Positions 1-9,489 of a stretch of DNA of 64,000 bases are shown in pieces. Each line of letters begins with the position of its first letter. Positions within the stretch are counted from its first letter, which is position 1. This stretch comes from Hyphomicrobiales bacterium (lineage in GTDB: Bacteria; Pseudomonadota; Alphaproteobacteria; Rhizobiales; JACESI01): positions 21,587 to 85,586 of the forward strand of contig JBDXGY010000004.1 in NCBI GenBank assembly GCA_039989895.1. Direction: 5' to 3'. Position numbers and translations under genes: made by a program. The notes beneath the pieces were generated by a model, which saw only the letters and a list, made by a program, of their open reading frames with translations, had not been told where the DNA came from and did no database searches.

Positions 1-1173
1 TTTGGTCACGGCTTCACTCGTCTTGATCAAACGTTCTGATATAACTGTTGCGTCTTTGATGATCTTGTTGAAATTATCTTTGTTGTCACTCAGTGTGTTT
101 GTGAAATCTGTTACATTCTCTGTCGCGCTCTTCGCATTTGCAATGATAGAGTCAATTTCAGTGCCCGTTTTATCAAGCCTTGATGTGAAGCCTTCAACGC
201 TGGCCACAACTTTGTTGATACGTTCCTCATCAAGCGCACCAACCAACCCATCAACCTTCTTCAAAGTCTCATTCAAATTACCAGAGAAATTTTCTACATT
301 CGTCAGCGTGCGAGCCAACTGTGCACCATTTATGGCTGCAACAGTGGTATTAAGGCCCGACATAATGCCAGACAAATCATTCACTGCCGTTTTGGCATCA
401 TCGACAATAGTATCAATCTCACCAGAATTACGCGCGAAATCACCAGTGATCTTATCCACATTGGCAATCGTGCTTTTAAGACGCTCAGGCTCAATAGCTT
501 CAACAATCAAATTGACATTTTTTGAAACGCCATCAAGCGTAGTGCTTAAAGCACCAATCGATTCAGATGCCTTACCAACATTTTTCAAGAAACTATCAAT
601 GCTCTCAGAATTACTAGCAATAGCCGTACTGAATGCCTCGACATTTGAGACCGTTTTATTAATTGAGCCTTCATTCGTCTTGATCAAGTCATCGACACGC
701 GCAAGCATTTCATTTGCCAATTGAACCGTTTTTCCTGCCGCTTCCAATGTATCATTCAGCGATGATTGTCTGGCAGTTAAGGAGGGGATGGTTTCGCGTT
801 GAAGAATAAGGTCTTTATCCGCTGATCCGCCGACAAGGGCTACATTGGCGAGTCCTGTTAAAGGTTGGCTAGCAATGGTCACGCTCGTATCTTCACGCAG
901 CGGGGTCTCACTGTTAATTTTCAAAACTGCATATACATTGGAAGGGTCAGTCTGGCTTAGCTTTACAGAGACAACACTACCAACGCGCAGCCCGTTAAAC
1001 AAAACCCCATTACCGCGTTTCAATCCACCCGCATTACCAGGAATGACAAGCTCCACAAGGCGTGCTTCGCCTGTCTCGTTATAGCGGACAAGCCAATAGA
1101 TAAACCCAAACGCCATAGCAAAGGCGAGAAGCGTAAAAATTCCAATAGCAATGTAATTTGCGCGGGTTTCCAT
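1..1173 (-). CDS. MlaD/Mce-family substrate-binding component of the adjacent ABC system (3' end runs off the window)
   Basis: Not in the ORF track (no in-window stop). Manual minus-strand translation from ATG at 1171-1173 gives METRANYIAIGIFTLLAFAMAFGFIYWLVRYNETGEARLVELVIPGNAGGLKRGNGVLFNGLRVGSV... This is an N-terminal TM anchor plus Mce/MlaD-like domain, then a long helical N/S/T/D-rich tail. The frame stays open to position 1. Lies 29 nt downstream of the MlaF-like ATPase gene. Confidence 0.75.
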   Translation of the reverse strand, partial: METRANYIAIGIFTLLAFAMAFGFIYWLVRYNETGEARLVELVIPGNAGGLKRGNGVLFNGLRVGSVVSVKLSQTDPSNVYAVLKINSETPLREDTSVTIASQPLTGLANVALVGGSADKDLILQRETIPSLTARQSSLNDTLEAAGKTVQLANEMLARVDDLIKTNEGSINKTVSNVEAFSTAIASNSESIDSFLKNVGKASESIGALSTTLDGVSKNVNLIVEAIEPERLKSTIANVDKITGDFARNSGEIDTIVDDAKTAVNDLSGIMSGLNTTVAAINGAQLARTLTNVENFSGNLNETLKKVDGLVGALDEERINKVVASVEGFTSRLDKTGTEIDSIIANAKSATENVTDFTNTLSDNKDNFNKIIKDATVISERLIKTSEAVTK

Positions 1174-1202
1174 CAATTTCCTAGCGTCTGTTCAAATTCA
1201 AA

Positions 1203-1991
1203 TCATCGATAAGCACGTTTGGCGCGATCTCCATTAAAATATGCATTGACCCAAGGGTCTTCGAATTCAAGCATTTCTTCAGGCTTGCCCGAAACTAATA
1301 CACGTTTTTTACCCAAAACTGCAATCCTATCGCAAATTGCAAAAAGACTATCCAAATCATGGGTCACCATAAACACCGTCACACCCAGTGTTTCACGAAG
1401 ACTGAGAATCAATTTATCAAACTCTTGAGCGCCTATTGGATCAAGGCCAGAGGTTGGCTCATCAAGAAAAATCACCGCTGGATCAATGGCAAGTGCCCGA
1501 GCCAGTCCAGCGCGTTTTATCATGCCCCCTGAAAGTTCAGCAGGAAACTTATTGGCGGCATCAAGCGCCAATCCCACAAGCTGCATTTTCATCAAAGCAA
1601 GCTCATCCATGAGCGATTGGCTCAAATCAAGATATTCACGCATCGGCACTTGAATATTCTGCATCACTGTCAGCGATGAAAACAACGCACCATGCTGAAA
1701 CAAGACACCCAGCTTTTGATCAATAATCCGACAATGTTCAAAGCTCGCTTTGTCGTAATCAACATCCAAAATATGTACGGTACCCGCCTGCTTGATATTC
1801 AGACCCAAGATCGTGCGCATCAACACAGATTTACCCGTGCCAGATGCCCCCACTACGCCCAGAATTTCCCCTTGATAAACATCCAGATCAAGATCTTCCA
1901 GAATAATGGTGTCACCAAAACCAACTTTGAGCCTTTCAACTTCAATGACAACTTTCTGATCAGTTTGAAAATGTTGCTCTGCAATCGCCAT
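1203..1991 (-). CDS. ABC transporter ATP-binding protein, MlaF-like
   Basis: 262-aa ORF. Walker A GASGTGKS, ABC signature LSGGMIKR, Walker B VIFLDEPTSGLD, H-loop MVTHD. 2-nt gap from the upstream permease gene. Confidence 0.9.
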   Translation of the reverse strand: MAIAEQHFQTDQKVVIEVERLKVGFGDTIILEDLDLDVYQGEILGVVGASGTGKSVLMRTILGLNIKQAGTVHILDVDYDKASFEHCRIIDQKLGVLFQHGALFSSLTVMQNIQVPMREYLDLSQSLMDELALMKMQLVGLALDAANKFPAELSGGMIKRAGLARALAIDPAVIFLDEPTSGLDPIGAQEFDKLILSLRETLGVTVFMVTHDLDSLFAICDRIAVLGKKRVLVSGKPEEMLEFEDPWVNAYFNGDRAKRAYR

Positions 1992-1993
1992 CG

Positions 1994-3142
1994 TTAATAC
2001 CCCAGACTTGCCGAAATAACGGCAAAAATACCATCAACCACAATGACCATGAAGATCGATTTCACCACAGAGATCGTCGTATGACGCGAGAGGGATTCAG
2101 AGCTGCCCTCAACCTTTAACCCCTCAGACATAGCAATAAGCCCGATGATCAAAGCCATGAACGGAGCTTTGATGATACCCATCATAAAATAAGGCAACGG
2201 CACCGCATCACGCATACGATGCAAGAATATTTCCCATGACATATCAATATAAACCCAAAGAGCAATTTGCGCTCCCAGTAGTGAGGCATAATCAGCAATA
2301 ACCGTCAAAAACGGTAAAACTAAAATCAAGGCGAGAATGCGTGGAAATAGCAAAACATCGACCGGATCCAAGCCGATGACTTTTAGCGCATCAATTTCTT
2401 CACGCATTTTCATCGAGCCTATTTCTGCAGTATAGGCAGAGCCGGAGCGCCCAGAAACCATGATCGCTGTCAAAAGCACGCCCATATCGCGTGTGACCAA
2501 CACAGACACCATATCGACCGCCATAGGCTCCGCGCCATAAAAGCTAAGCTGATATGCCCCTTGTTGAGCAATAATCGCGCCAATGACAAAAGACATTAAA
2601 GCCACAATGGGAACAGCCGTTAGTCCAGTGCGCATCATGTGCGTAACAAGCGCTGGAAAGCGAAAAGCACCAGGCGTGACAAGACGGCGGCCGAAGGCTG
2701 CCGCCAAAGCACCAAGCAGCGAGACGAGCCTCAAAGCATCTGCACAACCATCGCGAAGCCATTGGCGGGTCATGATTATAAAACCGCTTATTCTCTTTCG
2801 CGGCTCTGTATGAAGCTTAACTTTATCAGCGGCATCAGCAATAGCCGTCAACAAGTGCTGATGCTCCTGCGTCATATCAACAAAATCAACGCTCCCGCCT
2901 TTTTGCATCCACTGCGTGCGTAACTTCAAAAGAAGCCATGCACCCGATGTATCAAGTTCTTTGATGTCTTTGAGAGAAATAGCGATATTAGTTGATGCTG
3001 GCGCTTCTATAGATTTCACAACACGCTCAATCGTTTTGGCATGCGCAACTGTCCATTCGCCAATAGCGCGTGACACGCTATTGCCGCCTAGAGTGCCGGC
3101 TGGCACAATAGAGCCAGCATTTTCATCAAGTAGATCAGCCAT
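1994..3142 (-). CDS. MlaE-family ABC permease with N-terminal STAS-like domain
   Basis: 382-aa ORF. Soluble N-terminal ~110 aa (ISLKDIKELDTSGAWLLLKL) followed by a multi-helix permease domain typical of MlaE/Ttg2B. Operon order is permease-ATPase-MlaD-like. Confidence 0.85.
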   Translation of the reverse strand: MADLLDENAGSIVPAGTLGGNSVSRAIGEWTVAHAKTIERVVKSIEAPASTNIAISLKDIKELDTSGAWLLLKLRTQWMQKGGSVDFVDMTQEHQHLLTAIADAADKVKLHTEPRKRISGFIIMTRQWLRDGCADALRLVSLLGALAAAFGRRLVTPGAFRFPALVTHMMRTGLTAVPIVALMSFVIGAIIAQQGAYQLSFYGAEPMAVDMVSVLVTRDMGVLLTAIMVSGRSGSAYTAEIGSMKMREEIDALKVIGLDPVDVLLFPRILALILVLPFLTVIADYASLLGAQIALWVYIDMSWEIFLHRMRDAVPLPYFMMGIIKAPFMALIIGLIAMSEGLKVEGSSESLSRHTTISVVKSIFMVIVVDGIFAVISASLGY

Positions 3143-3324
3143 AATTAATGTATATAACGCTTTTTATCCGATCACATAGATAAACAAATATTTTAATTTA
3201 TAACAAGATCGCGTACTCACAGAAAATTATCACACCAGCGTAGGGCTACAACACAAATATAGAATTGGCTGTGATAACTAACTCTCTAAAAACAAGACAC
3301 TATAAAACCTTAGGACGCTCATAT

Positions 3325-4311
3325 ATGTCGCAACTCGTCTTAACTGCCCGCCCTCATAGCTGGCCTCTTGCCAAGCCATTTCGCATTTCGCGTGGCGTTA
3401 AAACCAGTGCTGATACCGTGATCGTTGAAATCAGCGATGGCATTCATAAAGGCTTTGGTGAATGCACCCCCTACCCACGCTACGGTGAAAGCGTGGAAAG
3501 CGTATTGGGACAACTCAATGGTATTGCTGAAACTCCCGCGCAATTTGAAACAAGCCAAGCCGCAAATGAGGCGCTACCCCCCGGTGCTGCACGCAATGCT
3601 CTTGATTGCGCCTTGATCGACTTTGAAGCAAAACGCAGCGGCATAGCTGCAGCTAAGCGACTTGGCATCCCGCTCACCCCGCGCAACACCGCATTTTCTC
3701 TCAGTATTGAAACCCCAGCGCAAATGTATGAATCAGCGAAAGAGGCAAGCACACGCCCAATTTTGAAGATCAAGCTGGGTGGCGGAGACGAAGATCACGA
3801 ACGCCTTTGCGCCGTTAGAAAAGGCGCGCCGAACGCCAAACTCATCGTTGATGCGAATGAAGGCTGGAACTTTGATAACTGGGATGCTCATTTGAACTCG
3901 TGCATTGAAAACAAGGTTGCCCTCATTGAACAACCCCTGCCCGCGTCACAAGACAATGATCTCATAGACGTTAAATCCCCTATTCCAATTTGCGCAGATG
4001 AAAGCCTGCATACCCGTGAACAGCTGGAGCATATTGCAAAGCGCTATGATGCAGTGAATATCAAACTCGACAAAACCGGCGGCCTAACCGAAGCATTGGC
4101 TGTTTTAGAAGAAGCTGAAAAGCGAGGGCTGGTCATCATGGTCGGCTGTATGGTTGCCTCATCCCTTGCCATGGCACCCGCCGTCTTGCTTGCGCAACGG
4201 GCTACATGGGTTGACCTTGATGGCCCACTCTTGCTTGCTGAAGACTATCCAAATGCACTTCATTTCAAAGGCAGCCTGCTTCACCCGCCCACATTTGATC
4301 TTTGGGGATAG
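3325..4311 (+). CDS. dipeptide epimerase (L-Ala-D/L-Glu epimerase family, enolase superfamily)
   Basis: ORF 3265..4311, start moved to ATG 3325 (MSQLVLTARP). Enolase-superfamily motifs KIKLGG, DANEGW, IEQP, ADES, KLDKTGG. Confidence 0.8.
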   Translation: MSQLVLTARPHSWPLAKPFRISRGVKTSADTVIVEISDGIHKGFGECTPYPRYGESVESVLGQLNGIAETPAQFETSQAANEALPPGAARNALDCALIDFEAKRSGIAAAKRLGIPLTPRNTAFSLSIETPAQMYESAKEASTRPILKIKLGGGDEDHERLCAVRKGAPNAKLIVDANEGWNFDNWDAHLNSCIENKVALIEQPLPASQDNDLIDVKSPIPICADESLHTREQLEHIAKRYDAVNIKLDKTGGLTEALAVLEEAEKRGLVIMVGCMVASSLAMAPAVLLAQRATWVDLDGPLLLAEDYPNALHFKGSLLHPPTFDLWG

Positions 4312-5441
4312 CGCAATAAAAACAGTGGCATAAGACCGATTAGAGAGACGCCTGCCATTGCCAAAAAAGCATCTGTGCCAAAAGCAAAGTATAGCCTGCC
4401 ACAAATCAGTGTCAGCAGGGTCATAACCACGCCAGCAACAAGCACCATCACACCTTGGGCCGCTGGTGTATCACTCTCGCTAACACGACCCGCTATGAAA
4501 GACTGCATGCCCAGATGGGTCGCGCCAAAAGACAGACCATGCAGGCATTGCAACACCAAGATCGCGATAAATCCATCCACCTCGGCATGAAGCAACCATC
4601 GCAAAATCGCAGCCCCACCACCAAGAATCAATAAAATATAAGGCGCCACTCGCTTAAAAAGATGCGTCGCTTGTGTGAATAACAAAACTTCCGCAATCAC
4701 TCCTATCGCCCAAAAAGCGCCGATTTCACGGGTTGAATATCCGCGCGCAATCCAGTCAATCGTTCCAAAACCATAAATCAACGCATGAGATGACTGGAGC
4801 AAACCAGCACTGAAAGACATGGCCACGAAAGACCGGTCTTTGAAAAAAGCGCCAAGCTCTGCTGAAAGCCTCAATCCAGCTTTAGGTCGCTCGTCGATTG
4901 GAACGCCGTAACTTGGCAAGAAAAACGAAACCATAAGAGCAACTGCGAGCATTGCGCAAATCAACAAATGCGCACTCGGCGTACCAACCAACCCTAAAAC
5001 ATAGCCAGCCCCTACATTGGCAAGAATGAAGGTGATCGACCCCCAAAGACGAATGGCACCATAATTAGCCTCATTCAACCGCACTTCCGTGAGCGCAAAG
5101 GAGTCTCCCAATGGGATCAAAGCATGCCAAAAGACACCGAAAACGCCAAGCAAGATCAAGACCGGCCAAAATCCGTCGATAAATGCGATGGCGGAAAAAG
5201 CGATAAATGAAATCGCACAATAGCCGATTGCGGCTTGTCGACGCTGGGGCAAACGACCAGCTAGTGCAGTGACGAGAGGCGTAAACACAACTTTTACCGC
5301 CAAAGGAACGCTCAAAAGAAACGCAATTTGTTTGCTCGAAAAATTCTCTGATTCGAGCCAAAGTGGAAAAAAAGGTAGATAAATACCTAGACTTAAGAAA
5401 ATCGCCCCCACAAAAATTGCTATTTTTGCCGCAGATGTCAC
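4281..5441 (-). CDS. MFS transporter (MFS_1_like/HcaT-like), substrate unknown
   Basis: 386-aa ORF, hydrophobic throughout with about 12 TM segments. N-terminus GAIFLSLGIYLPFFPLWL...SSKQIAFLLS resembles HcaT-type MFS permeases. 3' end overlaps the convergent epimerase gene by 31 nt. Confidence 0.8.
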   Translation of the reverse strand: MTSAAKIAIFVGAIFLSLGIYLPFFPLWLESENFSSKQIAFLLSVPLAVKVVFTPLVTALAGRLPQRRQAAIGYCAISFIAFSAIAFIDGFWPVLILLGVFGVFWHALIPLGDSFALTEVRLNEANYGAIRLWGSITFILANVGAGYVLGLVGTPSAHLLICAMLAVALMVSFFLPSYGVPIDERPKAGLRLSAELGAFFKDRSFVAMSFSAGLLQSSHALIYGFGTIDWIARGYSTREIGAFWAIGVIAEVLLFTQATHLFKRVAPYILLILGGGAAILRWLLHAEVDGFIAILVLQCLHGLSFGATHLGMQSFIAGRVSESDTPAAQGVMVLVAGVVMTLLTLICGRLYFAFGTDAFLAMAGVSLIGLMPLFLLRYPQRSNVGG

Positions 5442-5545
5442 TGGAAACCATTCATTTTGGGGCGAATCTTATAAACATTACCATTAAGTAACTCTTTTCA
5501 TGTCTAACTGGAAAGATAATTACACGAAAATACACTGATTATCAG

Positions 5546-6580
5546 GTGATGAGCATGGGTGAATTAGTTCCCACAGACGACATTTCAGAAGAAGATTATC
5601 AAGCGATACAAGAAGCCGTTATGGAAACGGCACGTGGTCGTTGGTTTCTTGCTGAATATGCTAGACGCAATCGTGTTTCCGAGACGGATAAAGTATTGAG
5701 TGCGATTGAAGGCGTAAAATCCTATATCAGCCGTGAACATGAACCAAGCGACGCCATCCAAATGCGCCTCAATATTGTTGATATGACGCAAAAAATTGAG
5801 CAGATAAAAACAGAAATCGCAAACACTGACAAATCATCACCCAATATCTCGGATGCGCAAATAGCATTGAATGTTGTTTTGGATGAGACTGAAACGGCAA
5901 CTTCGACAATTCTCTCTTCAGCCGAACAGATACAAGGCTTGGGATGGGAAATACGCGAACGCGGTGGTTCGGATGCTGAATGTGACAAGATCGATGAATT
6001 TGCAACAGAAATCTATATGGCGTGCTCTTTCCAAGATTTAACAGGTCAAAGACTTCGCAAAGTCGTGAGCTTAATTGAAGTCCTCGAAACCAGCCTTAAT
6101 TCCATGGTTAGTCTATGGGATGAAGGTGAACTCGAAAACTATCGTGCAGAACCTGAGATACAAGATGAAGTCGCCTCCCTCATCAACGGCCCTGCCATGC
6201 CTGGGTTAGCGCAAGGACAAGACTTTGTAGATAGCGTTATGAGCGAAGCACAGGGTGCTGATATCAATAAACCGGATTACGACGAAATCCAGTGGAGTGA
6301 TGAAGCCTCAGATTCTGAAGATAATGACCCTTTCGTTATAGAAGATGACTTTGATAGCCCGGTGGTTGCCGAAGCAATACCAAAAATGGTGACCGAAGCT
6401 GAAACCGAAACTGATGATGATGTCACTGCTTTTGAAGTTGACACATCCGAAGAGTTGAGCGACGCCCAAGCTGAAATTCAAAATGAAGATTCAAATGAAG
6501 TAGTAGACGCGCCACTTTCGCAAGATGCCACTTCAGAAGAAATGGCCCTACTTGAAGATCGCATAGCAAACTTTAACTAA
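5546..6580 (+). CDS. CheZ-like protein phosphatase domain protein with acidic C-terminal tail
   Basis: 344-aa ORF (GTG 5546; ATG 5549 or 5555 possible, and the AGGTGA SD favours 5555). Contains FQDLTGQ (nt 6029-6049), matching the CheZ catalytic D/Q signature DFQDLTGQ. Has a conserved-looking N-terminal box ETARGRWFLAEYARRNR and a ~150-aa Asp/Glu-rich C-terminus. Confidence 0.65.
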   Translation: MMSMGELVPTDDISEEDYQAIQEAVMETARGRWFLAEYARRNRVSETDKVLSAIEGVKSYISREHEPSDAIQMRLNIVDMTQKIEQIKTEIANTDKSSPNISDAQIALNVVLDETETATSTILSSAEQIQGLGWEIRERGGSDAECDKIDEFATEIYMACSFQDLTGQRLRKVVSLIEVLETSLNSMVSLWDEGELENYRAEPEIQDEVASLINGPAMPGLAQGQDFVDSVMSEAQGADINKPDYDEIQWSDEASDSEDNDPFVIEDDFDSPVVAEAIPKMVTEAETETDDDVTAFEVDTSEELSDAQAEIQNEDSNEVVDAPLSQDATSEEMALLEDRIANFN

Positions 6581-7569
6581 GCTTCACTTAGCGCTCTCAT
6601 CAACATACCCGGATCAATGTTGCCGCCAGATAGAACAGCAAGAACAGTTTGACCAGCAACATCAACCTTGCCACTCAATAAAGCAGCAAGCGCCGCAGCG
6701 CCACCAGGCTCCACGACTGTTTTTAATTCATGAAATGCGAATGCAACGGCTGATAATGCTTCTTCATCGCTGATAGTAAGTCCCTCATCGGCATAATCTT
6801 TCAAAATTGAAAAACTAATATCACCTGGCGAGGGCGTTAGTATTGCATCACACACCGATCCAACCGTCTTCTCATTTTCAAGTATTTCTCCAGCTAATAA
6901 AGAGCGCTTGTAATCATCAAAATCAATCGGTTCAACAGTATGAAATAGCGCCTTGGGGAAGCGCTCTTTAATAACAAGTCCTATACCGGCAGATAAACCA
7001 CCACCACCCGTACAAGCCAAAACCCTATCGGGCGCCAAACCTTGTTCTTCAAACATATTGGCAGATTCAAGCCCGCTTGTCCCTTGTCCGGCAATCACCA
7101 AAGGATGATTATAAGGATGGATAAGCTCCGCCTTCAGCCGTGCTGCGTTCTCTGCTGTGATAACATCGCGATCCTCACAGGCGCGATCATAAAAAATCAC
7201 GTCAGCACCAGAACGCCGTGTGCGCATCACTTTGATAACCGGTGCATCCTGCGGCATAATTATAGTAGCCTTAACACCGCGCAATCTAGCGGCTTCAGCA
7301 ATACCCTGTGCATGATTACCAGAAGAACAAGCAAGGACACCTGTTGATCGCAAATCTTTACCCTCTTCCATAAGAGCGGTAATAGCGTTCATTGCACCTC
7401 GAAATTTAAAAGAACCCGTCCTTTGAAGATTTTCCGCCTTCAAAAAAATACGACCACCACAGCGTTCATCTAATAAAGGAGATGTCAAAAGCGGTGTTTG
7501 GATTGCAAAACCGTCAAAGCGTTTTGCCGCAGCAACAACATCTTTATATGTTGGAGGTATACGCATCAT
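6577..7569 (-). CDS. PLP-dependent threonine/serine dehydratase family enzyme (short form, no ACT domain)
   Basis: 330-aa ORF. PLP-lysine motif GSFKFRGA, SSGNHAQG, glycine loop TGGGGLSAG. Confidence 0.85.
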   Translation of the reverse strand: MMRIPPTYKDVVAAAKRFDGFAIQTPLLTSPLLDERCGGRIFLKAENLQRTGSFKFRGAMNAITALMEEGKDLRSTGVLACSSGNHAQGIAEAARLRGVKATIIMPQDAPVIKVMRTRRSGADVIFYDRACEDRDVITAENAARLKAELIHPYNHPLVIAGQGTSGLESANMFEEQGLAPDRVLACTGGGGLSAGIGLVIKERFPKALFHTVEPIDFDDYKRSLLAGEILENEKTVGSVCDAILTPSPGDISFSILKDYADEGLTISDEEALSAVAFAFHELKTVVEPGGAAALAALLSGKVDVAGQTVLAVLSGGNIDPGMLMRALSEA

Positions 7570-7580
7570 TTATAAATCCC

Positions 7581-8609
7581 TTATGCCGTAAATGAAGAAA
7601 AGCATGTGGCGCGGCTTGTCTCTATATTATCGATGAAAAGCTCTGCTGTCTTGGTCCAAGATCGTTGCAACGCAAAATTTCTGCATGCGTTTCGATCCCC
7701 TTTCAGCGCGCCGCGTATAGCATCATTAAGATCGTTGTTGAGAACACCAATGTCATGATGTTCACCCACAACATCAATCGGCCCCATCACAGGATGAGCC
7801 GCCACAGGAACGCCACTTGCAAGCGCCTCCAAAAGAACAATGCCAAATGTATCAGTCCTGCTTGGAAAAACAAAAACATCCGCACAAGCATAAATGTCAG
7901 CGAGCTCATCGCCAGTTTTAACACCTAGAAATTTTGCATCTGGAAAGCGTTTGGACAGCTCAGATCGCGCTGGCCCGTCACCAACGATCATCTTTGTACC
8001 GGGCACATTTGTTTGTAAAAATACTTCAATATTTTTTTCAACTGCAACCCGCCCCACATAAAGCTGGACTGGACCTTTAAAGCCGCGATCTATGCGGCGT
8101 TCAGGCTTAAAAAAATCAGCATCAACACCGCGCGACCAGCGCCTCAGGTTTCTAAAACCGTGTGACATTAAATCTTGTTCAAGTGTTTTGGTCGCGACCA
8201 TGCAGCCTATGCCGGAATTATGAAACCGGCGCAAATAAGCATAACTCCAGTGTAGTGGAATAGGCACTCGTGCACTCAAATATTCTGGAAACCTCGTGTG
8301 ATAACTGGTAGTGAAATTTAACCCCTTAGACAGACAATAGCCCCGCGCTGCCATGCCCAACATCGCTTCAGTGGCAATGTGTATATGGTCAGGGGCATAT
8401 TTTTCTATCTCTAACGCCATATCATATTTTGTCGCAACCGAGAGCCTGATTTCAGGATAGGTCGGACACGGCACAGTGAAAAAACTCTGCGGTGAAACAA
8501 TCGCGACCTCATGACCAAGCTTCACGAGTTCTTCGCGTGTGCGGTCAAGAGTTCGAACAACCCCGTTCACCTGCGGGTGCCACGCATCTGTAACAATAAC
8601 GAGCTTCAT
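7581..8609 (-). CDS. GT4-family glycosyltransferase; candidate Agt-like glycolipid synthase partner of the upstream phosphoesterase
   Basis: 342-aa ORF. N-terminus MKLVIVTDAWHPQVNGVVRTL is typical of GT4/SqdX-like enzymes. EX7E-type motif FPSRTDTFGIVLLEALASGVPV. 43-nt gap from the upstream LpxH-like gene. Confidence 0.8.
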   Translation of the reverse strand: MKLVIVTDAWHPQVNGVVRTLDRTREELVKLGHEVAIVSPQSFFTVPCPTYPEIRLSVATKYDMALEIEKYAPDHIHIATEAMLGMAARGYCLSKGLNFTTSYHTRFPEYLSARVPIPLHWSYAYLRRFHNSGIGCMVATKTLEQDLMSHGFRNLRRWSRGVDADFFKPERRIDRGFKGPVQLYVGRVAVEKNIEVFLQTNVPGTKMIVGDGPARSELSKRFPDAKFLGVKTGDELADIYACADVFVFPSRTDTFGIVLLEALASGVPVAAHPVMGPIDVVGEHHDIGVLNNDLNDAIRGALKGDRNACRNFALQRSWTKTAELFIDNIETSRATCFSSFTA

Positions 8610-8652
8610 AGTTTTGATCTCATTCGCACTTACGAATTAATAGGTCCTAATC

Positions 8653-9489
8653 CTAAGCAGCAATTACTTTGCGCTTTTTCATCTCTTGATCATCATTTGT
8701 GTTAATCGGGCTGACGGCATTTTTCAATTCAGTCCAACGAATAATCTCCATTGTTCCGTCATGGTTCTCTGCAACAAGTGTACAGCTCTCAACCCAATCA
8801 CCCGTGTTGATATATTCGATACCATAATCATGATGCATGGTTGCGTGATGAATATGGCCGCAAACAACGCCGTCAACCTTAGTACGCTCAGCCTCATGAC
8901 AAAGGGCTTTTTCAAATTCGCCTACGAAATTAACCGCCCCCTTCACCTTGCTCTTGGCCCAAGCAGACAATGACCAATATGAAAGGCCAAAAGCGCGGCG
9001 CAACTTATTCACATGTGTGTTCATTTTGATCGTAAAAACATAAGCCCCATCACCAAGGGTCGCCAACCATTTCGCGTGACGCACAACAATATCGAATTGG
9101 TCGCCATGTATCACAAGCAAACGACGACCGTCTGCTGTTTCATGAACAACACGATCAACAACCGTAACACCACCAAAATGGGTTCCCAGATAATCGCGCA
9201 AAAACTCGTCATGATTGCCAGGCAGATAAAAGACTTGCGCCCCTTTACGAGCCAGCTCTAAAAGCTTTTGCACAACATCATTATGTTTTTGTGGCCAGTA
9301 CCAGTTTTTCTTCAATCGCCAACCATCGACAATATCACCGACAAGGTAAACTTTATCGGCACTGTGATGTCTCAGAAAATCAAGCAGCAGATCAGCCTGG
9401 CATCCTTTTGAGCCAAGATGCACATCGGAAATAAACAGGGTTCGAAAATGTTTCACATCCGGCATTTTAATCTCTGTTTCTTGTTCCAT
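8653..9489 (-). CDS. LpxH-family metallophosphoesterase (usually annotated UDP-2,3-diacylglucosamine diphosphatase); PlcP-like phospholipase C candidate
   Basis: 278-aa ORF. Calcineurin-like phosphoesterase motifs ISDVHLG, LVGDIVDGW, LPGNHDEF, VIHGDQFD, VCGHIHH. Alternative start at Met9 (9465). Confidence 0.8.
   Translation of the reverse strand: MEQETEIKMPDVKHFRTLFISDVHLGSKGCQADLLLDFLRHHSADKVYLVGDIVDGWRLKKNWYWPQKHNDVVQKLLELARKGAQVFYLPGNHDEFLRDYLGTHFGGVTVVDRVVHETADGRRLLVIHGDQFDIVVRHAKWLATLGDGAYVFTIKMNTHVNKLRRAFGLSYWSLSAWAKSKVKGAVNFVGEFEKALCHEAERTKVDGVVCGHIHHATMHHDYGIEYINTGDWVESCTLVAENHDGTMEIIRWTELKNAVSPINTNDDQEMKKRKVIAA

Noticed and set aside
2-724. 240-aa plus-strand ORF (TTG start) at the window edge
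   Set aside because: The sequence is low-complexity S/L/T/V-rich. It lies exactly antisense to a minus-strand frame that translates into a coherent MlaD/Mce-family protein in operon context, so it is an antisense shadow ORF.
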